A stretch of DNA of 63,607 nt, filler included, from Octopus bimaculoides (GCF_001194135.2; 5 parts of 5 records of this genome joined end to end with filler, not necessarily neighbours in it); one strand, 5' to 3'. Positions 52,229 through 62,364 are shown, numbered from the whole stretch's first letter. Translations and numbers: made by a program. Notes: a model not told the origin generated them from the letters alone.

Positions 52229-52325
52229 GTATCCACTTTCTGCCCATTAAAATCAGGGAAAATTTGAAGCCCTTCAGCTATTGTGACAACGACCTGGAGT
52301 TTGATGGCAAAGCCATCTTCTCAAT
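52229..52325 (+). CDS. nrf-6-like: nrf-6-like exon (end of NRF domain/linker): (G)IHFLPIKIRENLKPFSYCDNDLEFDGKAIFS
   Basis: Acceptor tatatttcag|GT and donor AAT|gtaagt; 97 nt; the terminal AT joins the T of the next exon in frame (Ile). Confidence 0.8.
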
Positions 52326-55300
52326 GTAAGTAGCTTTTATATTTTGGCCACTGACCATTAAACTTAACATTCATTTCATTCATTGACTGCTAAGCTTGGC
52401 ATTCATTCCAGCCACTGACCACTAACTATAGTATTTATTCTAGTCACTCACCACTAATTATAGCATTCATTTCATTCACTGACTGCCCTGAAGATATTTT
52501 GTTGTTGTTGTTGTTGTTGTTGTTTCCACTGCTGCTATTGTGGTTCTTTGTCGTTTACAGTGTTGCCAGCTCCCTCTATCTTCTCGTCATCGTAGTGGCA
52601 ACCTCATACGATGTCATCACCAACAATTTTCTCACACCAAAGACAAAAGGCGCTGGCACAGTTGAGAAAAACGGTGCACTGCCCATGCAGAACGGAACAG
52701 GAAGCCAGGTAGTTTTGACCCAGAAAGATGAAAAAGTGGAACCAAGTAAGTCTGTTGCTTGACCCATCACAGTACTGATCAGATCTAGCCCCTCACACCT
52801 ACCCTACAATGTCATTCTAAAAATAAAGCCACATTATTGAAATCGCAAAGCTATGAGATAATGCAGGATTAATTCAAAACAATGTGAATAAATAGGGATT
52901 CGGTTTGACAGATTAATCTGGATGGTGAAGGGTTATACATATTCAATACATAGGGTGTGGTTTGAGGGAGATTTGGCTGCTATTTCTAGCAGGACTAGCT
53001 ACCATGTAGAAGTCACCCTCAGTGCTTCCTACATGAATATATGTATCTCTTTAGCATTTAAACCAGGTAGATCAGACCCTAATATTCTTCCTGTTTAATG
53101 TTCAAACTGACCAGATCTAGCCCCTCACACCTACCCTACAATGTTATTCTAAAAATAAAGTCACATTATTGAAATCGCAAAGCTATGAGATAATCCAGGA
53201 TTAATTCAAAACAATGTGAACAAATAGGGATTAGATTTGACAGAATAATATGAACGCTTAAGACATTGGTTGTGGTTTGAGGAAGAGAGATTTGGCTGCT
53301 ATTTCTAACAGGACAGGCCATCATGTAGAGATCTCTCATTGATTCATACATTGATGTATATCCTGTTAAACTTGTGATATCCAGCCAAAATATTCTACCT
53401 GTTTTATGTTCAAATTGGCCAGATCTGGCCTCTTACACCTTCTCTACAATGTCATTCTAAAAATAAACGGTCACATTATTGAAATTTCAACACACACACA
53501 CAAGATGGGCTTCTTTCAGTTTCCATCTACCAAATCCATTCACAAAGCTTTGGTTGACCTGATGCTATAGTAGAAGACATTTTCCCAAGGTGTTACGCAG
53601 TGGGCCTGAACCCAGAACCATGTGGTTGGTAAGCAAGATTCTTACCACACAGCCACTCCTGTGCCCCCCCCCCACACACACACATGATGGGCTTCTTTCA
53701 GTTTCCATCTACCAAATCCATTCACAAAGCTTTGGTCGGCCCGAGGCTATAGTAGAAGACATTTTCCCAAGGTGCCATGCAGTGGGACTGAACCCCCAAA
53801 CCATGTGGTTGGGAAGCAAAACTTCTTATGACGCCATATCTTCTGTCTCTCATTTGAACATTTGAACATTTTCAGGTCTTGGAGTAAAACTTCTGGAGTG
53901 TTTCTCCATTTACCATAATGGCGCAAAATTCCTGAACACCAACCAAAGTGAGGGCACGCTAAGCTGTATTCATGGGGTTCGGTTCCTCAGTATGTCATGG
54001 GTCCTTCTGGGACATGTCTATGTGTTTGGCATAACGATTTTCAGTAAGTAACACTTATTCATTAATTATTTTCTTCTAATGATATATGCAATTAAGTTTT
54101 TTTTTCCACACGACTGCAGTGGAGGCACAATGGCCCAGTGGTTAGGGCAGCGGACTCGCGGTCATAGGACCGCAGTTTTGATTTCCAGACCTGGCATTGT
54201 GAGTGTTTACTGAGCGAAAACACCTAAAAAGCTCCACGAGGCTCCGGCAGGGGATGGTGGCGAACCCTGCTGTACTGTTCCACCACAACTTTCTCTCACT
54301 CTTACTTCCTGTTTCTGTTGTGCCTGTAATTCAAAGGGGTCAGCCTTGTCACACTGTGTCACGTTGAATATCCCCCGAGAACTATGTTAAGGGTACACGT
54401 GTCTGTGGAGTGCTCAGCCACTTGCACATTAATTATGAGCAGGCTNNNNNNNNNNNNNNNNNNNNNNNNNNNNNNNNNNNNNNNNNNNNNNNNNNNNNNN
54501 NNNNNNNNNNNNNNNNNNNNNNNNNNNNNNNNNNNNNNNNNNNNNNNNNNNNNNNNNNNNNNNNNNNNNNNNNNNNNNNNNNNNNNNNNNNNNNNNNNNN
54601 NNNNNNNNNNNNNNNNNNNNNNNNNNNNNNNNNNNNNNNNNNNNNNNNNNNNNNNNNNNNNNNNNNNNNNNNNNNNNNNNNNNNNNNNNNNNNNNNNNNN
54701 NNNNNNNNNNNNNNNNNNNNNNNNNNNNNNNNNNNNNNNNNNNNNNNNNNNNNNNNNNNNNNNNNNNNNNNNNNNNNNNNNNNNNNNNNNNNNNNNNNNN
54801 NNNNNNNNNNNNNNNNNNNNNNNNNNNNNNNNNNNNNNNNNNNNNNNNNNNNNNNNNNNNNNNNNNNNNNNNNNNNNNNNNNNNNNNNNNNNNNNNNNNN
54901 NNNNNNNNNNNNNNNNNNNNNNNNNNNNNNNNNNNNNNNNNNNNNNNNNNNNNNNNNNNNNNNNNNNNNNNNNNNNNNNNNNNNNNNNNNNNNNNNNNNN
55001 NNNNNNNNNNNNNNNNNNNNNNNNNNNNNNNNNNNNNNNNNNNNNNNNNNNNNNNNNNNNNNNNNNNNNNNNNNNNNNNNNNNNNNNNNNNNNNNNNNNN
55101 NNNNNNNNNNNNNNNNNNNNNNNNNNNNNNNNNNNNNNNNNNNNNNNNNNNNNNNNNNNNNNNNNNNNNNNNNNNNNTGGGCGGTATTGCCACCCCCACC
55201 CCCACCCGCTAGGGGGGGGGGCGGAGAAAAGTTCCAAGTGGGCGGTATTACCCACTCCCCTAGGGGCGGAGAAAAGTTCCAAGTGGGCGGTATTACCCAC

Positions 55301-56381
55301 TCCCCTAGGGGCGGAGAAAAGTTCCAAGTGGGTGGTATTACCCACCTCCCTAGGGGCGGAGAAAAGTTCCAAGTGGTATTGTGATTCATGTATAAACAAC
55401 AAAAAAATGGGTTCGATAGGTTAAGTTTTATTTGTGAAATACAGTTGCTTTTGAATTTGCTTTAGAAAGGGGTCTATGTTTGTGATGGTTAGTTGGGGGT
55501 GGGTGCGCTAGGAATGTGGTCTGGGTGTCAAGGGGGACTGAACCAGGAACCATGTGGTTGGTAAGCAAGCTACTTACCACACAGCCACTCCTACACCTAT
55601 ATATATCCAACAAGCTTCTTTCAGTTTCCGTCTACCAAAAAAATCCACTCAGACGCTTTGCTCTGTCTGAAGCTATAGTAGAAGACACTTACCCAAGCAG
55701 GGGGACTGAACCTAGAACCATGTGGTTGATAAGCAAACTTCTTACCACTCTGCCACGCCTGTTTAAATCTTTCATTTCATGCAAGCTAATGACAATGTGT
55801 AGCTTTAAAAAACATGCTCTCTTTCTCTTTCAGTGGACTCTTGGTTGCTTACAGCACACTGAAGGCTTTCAGTGCAAGGGAAGGTAAAATGAATTGGGTA
55901 TATTTNNNNNNNNNNNNNNNNNNNNNNNNNNNNNNNNNNNNNNNNNNNNNNNNNNNNNNNNNNNNNNNNNNNNNNNNNNNNNNNNNNNNNNNNNNNNNNN
56001 NNNNNNNNNNNNNNNNNNNNNNNNNNNNNNNNNNNNNNNNNNNNNNNNNNNNNNNNNNNNNNNNNNNNNNNNNNNNNNNNNNNNCACCTTCTGCTTCCAT
56101 TGCACTTCAATTCATTTAGTAATGGTTTTCTATTATAATTCTACATCAAGGTTATTTTATAGGAATATTAGGCGATCTTACGACACCAGTACCAAAGCAT
56201 CCACTTGTGATTATTTACATCACGTCGGCCTTTTCCGTAAAAAAGTGTTGGAGGGAAAGAGGAAAACGACATTGTAAAAGCAAGATAGAGAGAGAATGTG
56301 ATTTCTTTTGAAGTTGGCACGTGTGTTTGTGTGTGTGTGTGTGTGTGTGTAATGTTGCTGGTGTGTGTATGTGTGAGAGAG

Positions 56382-56424
<43 letters not shown>

Positions 56425-58456
56425 GAGATAACTGAAATTATTGTTATTTCCTGTTTATAGTGAGTATGCGAGACAGAGAGTGTGGTGAAGTTCTTTTGTT
56501 AGTGTGAGAGAGAGAGAGACGTTATGTAGGTATGTATGTATGTATGTATGGATGGCTACAGTGACACACACACACACACACACACATGCACGCAGGTTGT
56601 TATGTATGTGTGAATGGATTCAGCGACACACACATAACAAACAGGACCTAGTGGTGGTCGACAAGATGCACCATATGTGGTATATAGTTGATGTTGCATG
56701 CCCCTTTGACCCATGAACAGTCGAAAAGAAAGGTGAAAAGACAGATAAATACAACCCTCTTATGTATGAAATAGCCCAGCTATGGAAAGTGAAGAAAGTG
56801 CCAATTATTGTTGGGTCCTTAGAGACAGTATCAGAAGGCACCAAAAGGAATCCTCATCATCGGAACATTAGCACACTGGGTGAAATGATTAGCCCGTCTA
56901 CGTTCTGAATTCAAATTCTGCCGAGGTTGACTTTGCCTTTCGTCCTTCTAGGGTCAATAAATTAAGTATCGGTGGAGTACTGGGGCTGATGTAATCAACT
57001 TACCTTCTTCCCCCAAAAATTCCAGACCTTGTGCCTATAGTAGTAAAAATTATTATTATTATTATTTTTATTATTATTAATATTTACCCCTGCTGGCGAC
57101 AAAGGGACTCTCACTCAGAGTAAAAGGCAGACTGTATGACGCATGCGTACGAACAGCCATGCTACATGGCAGTGAAACATGGGCTGTAACTGCTGAGGAC
57201 ATACGTAAGCTCGCAAGGAATGAAGCCAGTATGCTCCGTTGGATGTGTAATGTCAATGTGAATACCCGTCAGAGTGTAAGTATCTTGAGAGAAAAGCTGA
57301 ACATTAGAAGCATCAGTTGTGGTGTGCAAGAGAGACGATTGCGCTGGTATGGACATGTGGTGAGAATGGAGGAGGAAAGCTGCGTGAAAAAGTGCCACAC
57401 CCTAACAGTTGAGGGAACCNNNNNNNNNNNNNNNNNNNNNNNNNNNNNNNNNNNNNNNNNNNNNNNNNNNNNNNNNNNNNNNNNNNNNNNNNNNNNNNNN
57501 NNNNNNNNNNNNNNNNNNNNNNNNNNNNNNNNNNNNNNNNNNNNNNNNNNNNNNNNNNNNNNNNNNNNNNNNNNNNNNNNNNNNNNNNNNNNNNNNNNNN
57601 NNNNNNNNNNNNNNNNNNNNNNNNNNNNNNNNNNNNNNNNNNNNNNNNNNNNNNNNNNNNNNNNNNNNNNNNNNNNNNNNNNNNNNNNNNNNNNNNNNNN
57701 NNNNNNNNNNNNNNNNNNNNNNNNNNNNNNNNNNNNNNNNNNNNNNNNNNNNNNNNNNNNNNNNNNNNNNNNNNNNNNNNNNNNNNNNNNNNNNNNNNNN
57801 NNNNNNNNNNNNNNNNNNNNNNNNNNNNNNNNNNNNCCGTAGGATTTTCGAGTGAGATCGTTGCCAGTGCCCCTGGACTGGCTTGTGCGGATGGCACATA
57901 AAAGACACCATTTCGAGCGTGGCTGTTTCCGTGCGGGTGACACGTAAAAGCACCCACTACACTTTCTGAGTGGTTGGCGTTAGGAAGGGCATCCAGCTGT
58001 AGAAACTCTGCCAAATTAGATTGGAGCCTGGTGTTGCCATCCGGTTTCACCAGTCCTCAATCAAATCGTCCAACCCATGCTAGCATGGAAAGCGGACGTT
58101 AAACGATGATGATGATGATGATGATGATGATTATTATTATTATTATTATTTAAGGTGACAAGCTGGCAGAATCATTAGCATGCCAGGCAAAATGCTTTGT
58201 GGTATTTCGTCTGTCGCTGTGTTCTGAGTTCAAATCACACTGAGGTCGACTTTGCCTTTCGTCCTTTTAGGTTGATGAAATAAATACCAGTTATGCACTG
58301 GGGTTGATGTAATCAATTAGACCCTTCCTCCAAAATTTCAGGCCTTGTGCCTTTAGTAGAAAAGATTATTATTATTANNNNNNNNNNGTATTGATACATC
58401 AATTAGAAAGCAGTTTTTTTCTTCATGATCTTTGACAAATATCTGGTCCATTTGCC

Positions 58457-58524
<68 letters not shown>

Positions 58525-58613
58525 CATTATTATTATTATTATTGTTATTACTATTATTATTATTATTATTATTATTACTATTATTATTATCATTATTATT
58601 ATTATTATTGTTA

Positions 58614-58659
<46 letters not shown>

Positions 58660-58991
58660 CATCATTAAGGCAGCAGGCTGGCAGAATCGTTAGCATGCTG
58701 AGCAAATTGCTTAGCGGTATTTCCTCAGTCTCCATGTTCTGAGTTCAAATTCTGGCGAGGTTGACTTTGCCTTTCATGCTTTCGGGGTAAATAAAATAAG
58801 TACCAGTTGGACACTGGGGTCGATGTAATTGACTCGTCCCATTCCCCCAAAATTGCTGCCCTTGTGACAAAATTTGAAATCATTACTAATTATTATTTAT
58901 TATTATTATTATTATTATTTATTATTATTATTATCATTATTATTATTATTATTATCATTATTATTATTATTATTATTTATTATTATTATTA

Positions 58992-59054
<63 letters not shown>

Positions 59055-59068
59055 TATTATTATTATTA

Positions 59069-59116
<48 letters not shown>

Positions 59117-59122
59117 ATTATT

Positions 59123-59163
<41 letters not shown>

Positions 59164-60128
59164 CATTATTANNNNNNNNNNNNNNNNNNNNNNNNNNNNN
59201 NNNNNNNNNNNNNNNNNNNNNNNNNNNNNNNNNNNNNNNNNNNNNNNNNNNNNNNNNNNNNNNNNNNNNNNNNNNNNNNNNNNNNNNNNNNNNNNNNNNN
59301 NNNNNNNNNNNNNNNNNNNNNNNNNNNNNNNNNNNNNNNNNNNNNNNNNNNNNNNNNNNNNNNNNNNNNNNNNNNNNNNNNNNNNNNNNNNNNNNNNNNN
59401 NNNNNNNNNNNNNNNNNNNNNNNNNNNNNNNNNNNNNNNNNNNNNNNNNNNNNNNNNNNNNNNNNNNNNNNNNNNNNNNNNNNNNNNNNNNNNNNNNNNN
59501 NNNNNNNNNNNNNNNNNNNNNNNNNNNNNNNNNNNNNNNNNNNNNNNNNNNNNNNNNNNNNNNNNNNNNNNNNNNNNNNNNNNNNNNNNNNNNNNNNNNN
59601 NNNNNNNNNNNNNNNNNNNNNNNNNNNNNNNNNNNNNNNNNNNNNNNNNNNNNNNNNNNNNNNNNNNNNNNNNNNNNNNNNNNNNNNNNNNNNNNNNNNN
59701 NNNNNNNNNNNNNNNNNNNNNNNNNNNNNNNNNNNNNNNNNNNNNNNNNNNNNNNNNNNNNNNNNNNNNNNNNNNNNNNNNNNNNNNNNNNNNNNNNNNN
59801 NNNNNNNNNNNNNNNNNNNNNNNNNNNNNNNNNNNNNNNNNNNNNNNNNNNNNNNNNNNNNNNNNNNNNNNNNNNNNNNNNNNNNNNNNNNNNNNNNNNN
59901 NNNNNNNNNNNNNNNNNNNNNNNNNNNNNNNNNNNNNNNNNNNNNNNNNNNNNNNNNNNNNNNNATTATTAATTATTATTATTATTATCATTATTATTAT
60001 TATTATTATTATTTATTATTATTATTATTATTATTATCATTATTATTATCATTATCATTATTATTATTATTTATTATTATTATTATCATTATTATTATTA
60101 TTATTATTTATTATTATTATTATTATTA

Positions 60129-60166
<38 letters not shown>

Positions 60167-61232
60167 CATTATTATTATTATTATGAGTTTTTCTTCTTTC
60201 AATTTTGTTTCTATTTCTTGCTGTGTGCCTTCCTGACACCTAGGGCAAAGAAACTCTGTACATACATTGATAGGCCATTAAACTAAATACATGTACACAT
60301 GTTGTTATTATTATTGTTGTTATTATTATTGTTGTTATTATTATTGTTGTAATTATTATTATTATGGTGACAGTGGTAACAGTTCGTTAGTTAGTTATAA
60401 TTATTTTTGTTTCAACAGTTTGACCCCTCCAATACTGCTCCTGATGATGGTGTATATCCCGCTGTTTCGCTATATAGGGAATGGACCCTTCTGGCCCCAA
60501 CAAGGGACTGAGAAAAACTTCTGTCAGGAGTCTTGGTTTTATAACATTCTCTACCTCAACAACTTCCTGCCGACTGACCGAAGCAAACAGGTGAGACTTT
60601 AAGACCTTCTGTATCATGTGCTCGATATCCCGACCTCCTCAGAACACCCTCTGCCCACATCAAAGTGCTGAACTGCATCCAGTAGTGGGGCCCCAGTTCG
60701 AGGGTTCCAGGGTTTTAAGGAGAGGTGGAAACATTCCTTAGCCCCTATATTGCTCCCTGGCCTACCACAACTTGGAATAGCAACACCTTTCGGGGTCCCA
60801 ACTGTCATGGAATTGCTTCTGCAGGAAGGTCGCTTACAGACAGACACCCCCCCAATATACCCCTGGGTATGGTAGCTAGAGCTGCTAGATAGAGCAGTAA
60901 AATCTCCCTCAAATCACATCCTACTGTCCTATGTATGTATATGAGCCTGGTGTAGCCATCCGGTTGCACCAGTCCTCAGTCAAATCGTCCAACCCATGCT
61001 AGCATGGAAAGCAGACGTTAAACGATGATGATGGTGATGATGAAAATATATATATATATAGCTTTTTGACAGGAATGGCAACAAAAGAAAGAAAGAGACC
61101 TCGATATTATGCAAATAGAGGAATTTATCTGTAAAAATATGTTTCAAAAGAATCTCCGGTGGCTGGATAACTGAAGAGATGTTGGGGTGGACCCCCCACC
61201 CTGGCTACTGAATAAGTGTCACATATTTTTAC

Positions 61233-61276
<44 letters not shown>

Positions 61277-61644
61277 AGAATTCACAAAAAAAACAAAAGA
61301 CGAAGACAGGCGGTGTAGACAGCAACAACAAACAGATGTATTAGTATAACGCTCAGGAAGTGAAAAAGTTTTTAACGTTTCAAGCCTACGCTCTTCTACA
61401 GAAAGAAACACAGAAAGAAACAAGGAGAGAAAATAAAGAATGTGTAGTGGCTAGCGATCTATCATGGCGAAATGGTATATATGGATCCTGGTTAAAAATC
61501 AACGGTTTAGTCCATATTTTCCGCATACTCTCTGTATCTTATAATAACATTTTCTCTTTTCCAGTGTATGGGATGGCTTTGGTACCTGGCAAATGATATG
61601 CAGTTCTATTGGATCAGCCCTTTAATACTTGTTCCGTTGTATTT
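52229..61644 (+). CDS. nrf-6-like: NRF-6/OACYL-like membrane O-acyltransferase (Acyl_transf_3 family), partial multi-exon gene model
   Basis: Six phase-compatible GT-AG exons translated by hand give family motifs: VVATSYDV (TM after the NRF domain), CFSIYHNG..LSCIHGVRFLSMSWVLLGH, SGLLVAY, LTPP..GPFWP..C..SWFYNILYLNNF and CMGWLWYLANDMQFYWISP. The family assignment comes from recalled motif knowledge, not a database search. Confidence 0.93.
52561..52745 (+). CDS. nrf-6-like: nrf-6-like exon: VASSLYLLVIVVATSYDVITNNFLTPKTKGAGTVEKNGALPMQNGTGSQVVLTQKDEKVEP
   Basis: Acceptor tcgtttacag| and donor CCAA|gtaagt; 185 nt; TM helix ending in the T-x-YD motif followed by a variable loop. Confidence 0.9.
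52774..53490. mobile_element. About 2.5 tandem copies of a composite repeat (TTAA/piggyBac-like MITE plus a GAGATTTGGCTGCTATTTCTAG repeat)
   Basis: CAGATCTAGCCCCTCACACCTACCCTACAATG.CATTCTAAAAATAAAG.CACATTATTGAAATC occurs at about 52780, 53110 and 53420; the ends ..CTTTAGCATT and ..GAAGGGTTA resemble TTAACCC/GGGTTAA termini. Confidence 0.65.
53505..53835 (-). mobile_element. Two tandem SINE family C 5' parts
   Basis: GATGGGCTTCTTTCAGTTTCCATCTACCAAATCCATTCACAAAGCTTTGG occurs at about 53505 and 53686. Confidence 0.88.
53876..54043 (+). CDS. nrf-6-like: nrf-6-like exon: LGVKLLECFSIYHNGAKFLNTNQSEGTLSCIHGVRFLSMSWVLLGHVYVFGITIF
   Basis: Acceptor cattttcag| and donor TTCA|gtaagt; 168 nt; contains the AT3-family R-x10-H motif (RFLSMSWVLLGH). 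Confidence 0.96.
54118..54445 (+). mobile_element. SINE family B2 copy
   Basis: AGTGGAGGCACAATGGCCCAGTGGTTAGGGCAGCGGACTCGCGG head; family B tail runs into a gap. Confidence 0.9.
55178..55376. repeat. GC-rich 45-bp minisatellite (at least 4 units, runs into a gap)
   Basis: Unit GTGGGCGGTATTACCCACTCCCCTAGGGGCGGAGAAAAGTTCCAA, head-to-tail with no spacers. Confidence 0.95.
55520..55760 (-). mobile_element. Two partial SINE family C heads in tandem
   Basis: GGGGGACTGAACC..ACCATGTGGTTG.TAAGCAA occurs at about 55532 and 55701. Confidence 0.8.
55834..55905 (+). CDS. nrf-6-like: nrf-6-like exon, 3' end lost in gap: (S)GLLVAYSTLKAFSAREGKMNWVYF...
   Basis: Acceptor ctctttctctttcag|T; SGLLVAY motif; the frame runs into the N-gap at 55906. 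Confidence 0.9.
56630..56850 (+). mobile_element. RLE (restriction-like endonuclease) domain relic of an R4/NeSL-type retrotransposon
   Basis: HNKQDLVVVDK..WYIVDVACPFDP*..KKGEKTDKYNPL.YEIAQLWKVKKVPIIVGSL fits the (R)PD..D..K..KY..L..P(I/V)..G.L pattern. Confidence 0.8.
56865..57075 (+). mobile_element. SINE family A copy with (ATT)n tail
   Basis: CTGAATTCAAATTCTGCCGAGGTTGACTTTGCCTTTCG..TTGTGCCTATAGTAG..ATTATTATT. Confidence 0.85.
57085..57419 (+). mobile_element. RTE-clade LINE ORF C-terminal fragment
   Basis: LSLRVKGRLYDACVRTAMLHGSETWAVT..NEASMLRWMC..RRLRWYGHVVRM, open frame into a gap. Confidence 0.92.
57838..58130 (+). mobile_element. RTE-type 3' region / RTE-tailed SINE ending in (GAT)n
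   Basis: GGTTGGCGTTAGGAAGGGCATCCAGC..CCAACCCATGCTAGCATGGAAAGCGGACGTTAAACGATGATGAT; the tail recurs at 60943-61045. Confidence 0.7.
58152..58377 (+). mobile_element. SINE family A copy between (ATT)n tracts
   Basis: Full family A unit with (ATT)n on both sides. Confidence 0.9.
58445..60360. repeat. Very long imperfect (TAT/TAA)n array (interrupted by a SINE and a gap)
   Basis: Direct reading. Confidence 0.97.
58670..58882 (+). mobile_element. SINE family A copy inside the (ATT)n array
   Basis: CATTAAGGCAGCAGGCTGGCAGAATCGTTAGC..TTGTGACAAAATTTGAAATCATTACT. Confidence 0.9.
60419..60590 (+). CDS. nrf-6-like: nrf-6-like exon: LTPPILLLMMVYIPLFRYIGNGPFWPQQGTEKNFCQESWFYNILYLNNFLPTDRSKQ
   Basis: Acceptor tttttgtttcaacag| and donor CAG|gtgaga; 172 nt; family LTP..GP.WP..C..W..N.LY.NNF pattern. 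Confidence 0.96.
60943..61045 (+). mobile_element. RTE-type 3' tail fragment
   Basis: Near-identical to 58022-58125. Confidence 0.8.
61265..61450 (-). mobile_element. Penelope-like pLTR piece with a non-canonical hammerhead-like motif
   Basis: Minus CTGTAGA-A-GAGC-GTAG-GCTT-GAA-ACGT-T; same family as 40245-40378; ends in (TA)n. Confidence 0.6.
61565..61644 (+). CDS. nrf-6-like: nrf-6-like exon: CMGWLWYLANDMQFYWISPLILVPLY
   Basis: Acceptor ttttctcttttccag| and donor ATTT|gtaagt; 80 nt; phase-0 join to the previous exon; WYLAxDMQFY signature. Confidence 0.97.
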
Positions 61645-61675
61645 GTAAGTATCAAACATGATTTATCTTTATTCA

Positions 61676-61760
61676 GTGGAGGTGCAATGGCCCAGTGGTT
61701 AGAGCAGTGGACTCACAGTCATAGGATCGCAGTTTCGATTCCCAGACCGGGCGTTGTGAG
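61676..61760 (+). mobile_element. SINE family B2 head, cut by an assembly linker
   Basis: AGTGGAGGTGCAATGGCCCAGTGGTTAGAGC..GTTTCGATTCCCAGACC. Confidence 0.85.
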
Positions 61761-61875
61761 NNNNNNNNNNNNNNNNNNNNNNNNNNNNNNNNNNNNNNNN
61801 NNNNTTAATTAATTAANNNNNNNNNNNNNNNNNNNNNNNNNNNNNNNNNNNNNNNNNNNNTTTCACTCTCTCTCA

Positions 61876-61912
<37 letters not shown>

Positions 61913-62224
61913 GCACGCACGCACGCACGCATTCTTGCTCCTGCATGCATAGACATAGGTATATCACTACGGCCTGAGTGGTAACACCTGTAGAAAAATA
62001 CAGAAATAGATTCAGTAACATGTATTAACCATGTACGTACGTACATACATACATGGAGGAGCATGTACGTACGCATATATATAAGCATGTATGTACGTAT
62101 GTATATAGGTAGGTAGGCTGGTAGGAAGATATGTAGGCATGAATGTAAAAAAAAAAAAGACTTGCACGTATGTTAAGATATGCATGCCATGAATCACACA
62201 CGCACACATATATATATATATACT

Positions 62225-62269
<45 letters not shown>

Positions 62270-62364
62270 CTTTTATCTTTTACTTGTTTCAGTCATTAGA
62301 CTAAAGCCATGCTGGGGCAATATATACACACACATAAATACATACTTATATATGTATACACCTA

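Noticed and set aside
55178-55376. Palindromic 45-bp repeats as a CRISPR array
   Set aside because: The units are head-to-tail with no unique spacers, no cas genes are present, and the context is a eukaryotic intron.
58403-60286. Poly-N, poly-I, poly-L and poly-Y ORFs
   Set aside because: They are readings of (TAA)n arrays, with no splice signals or unique sequence.
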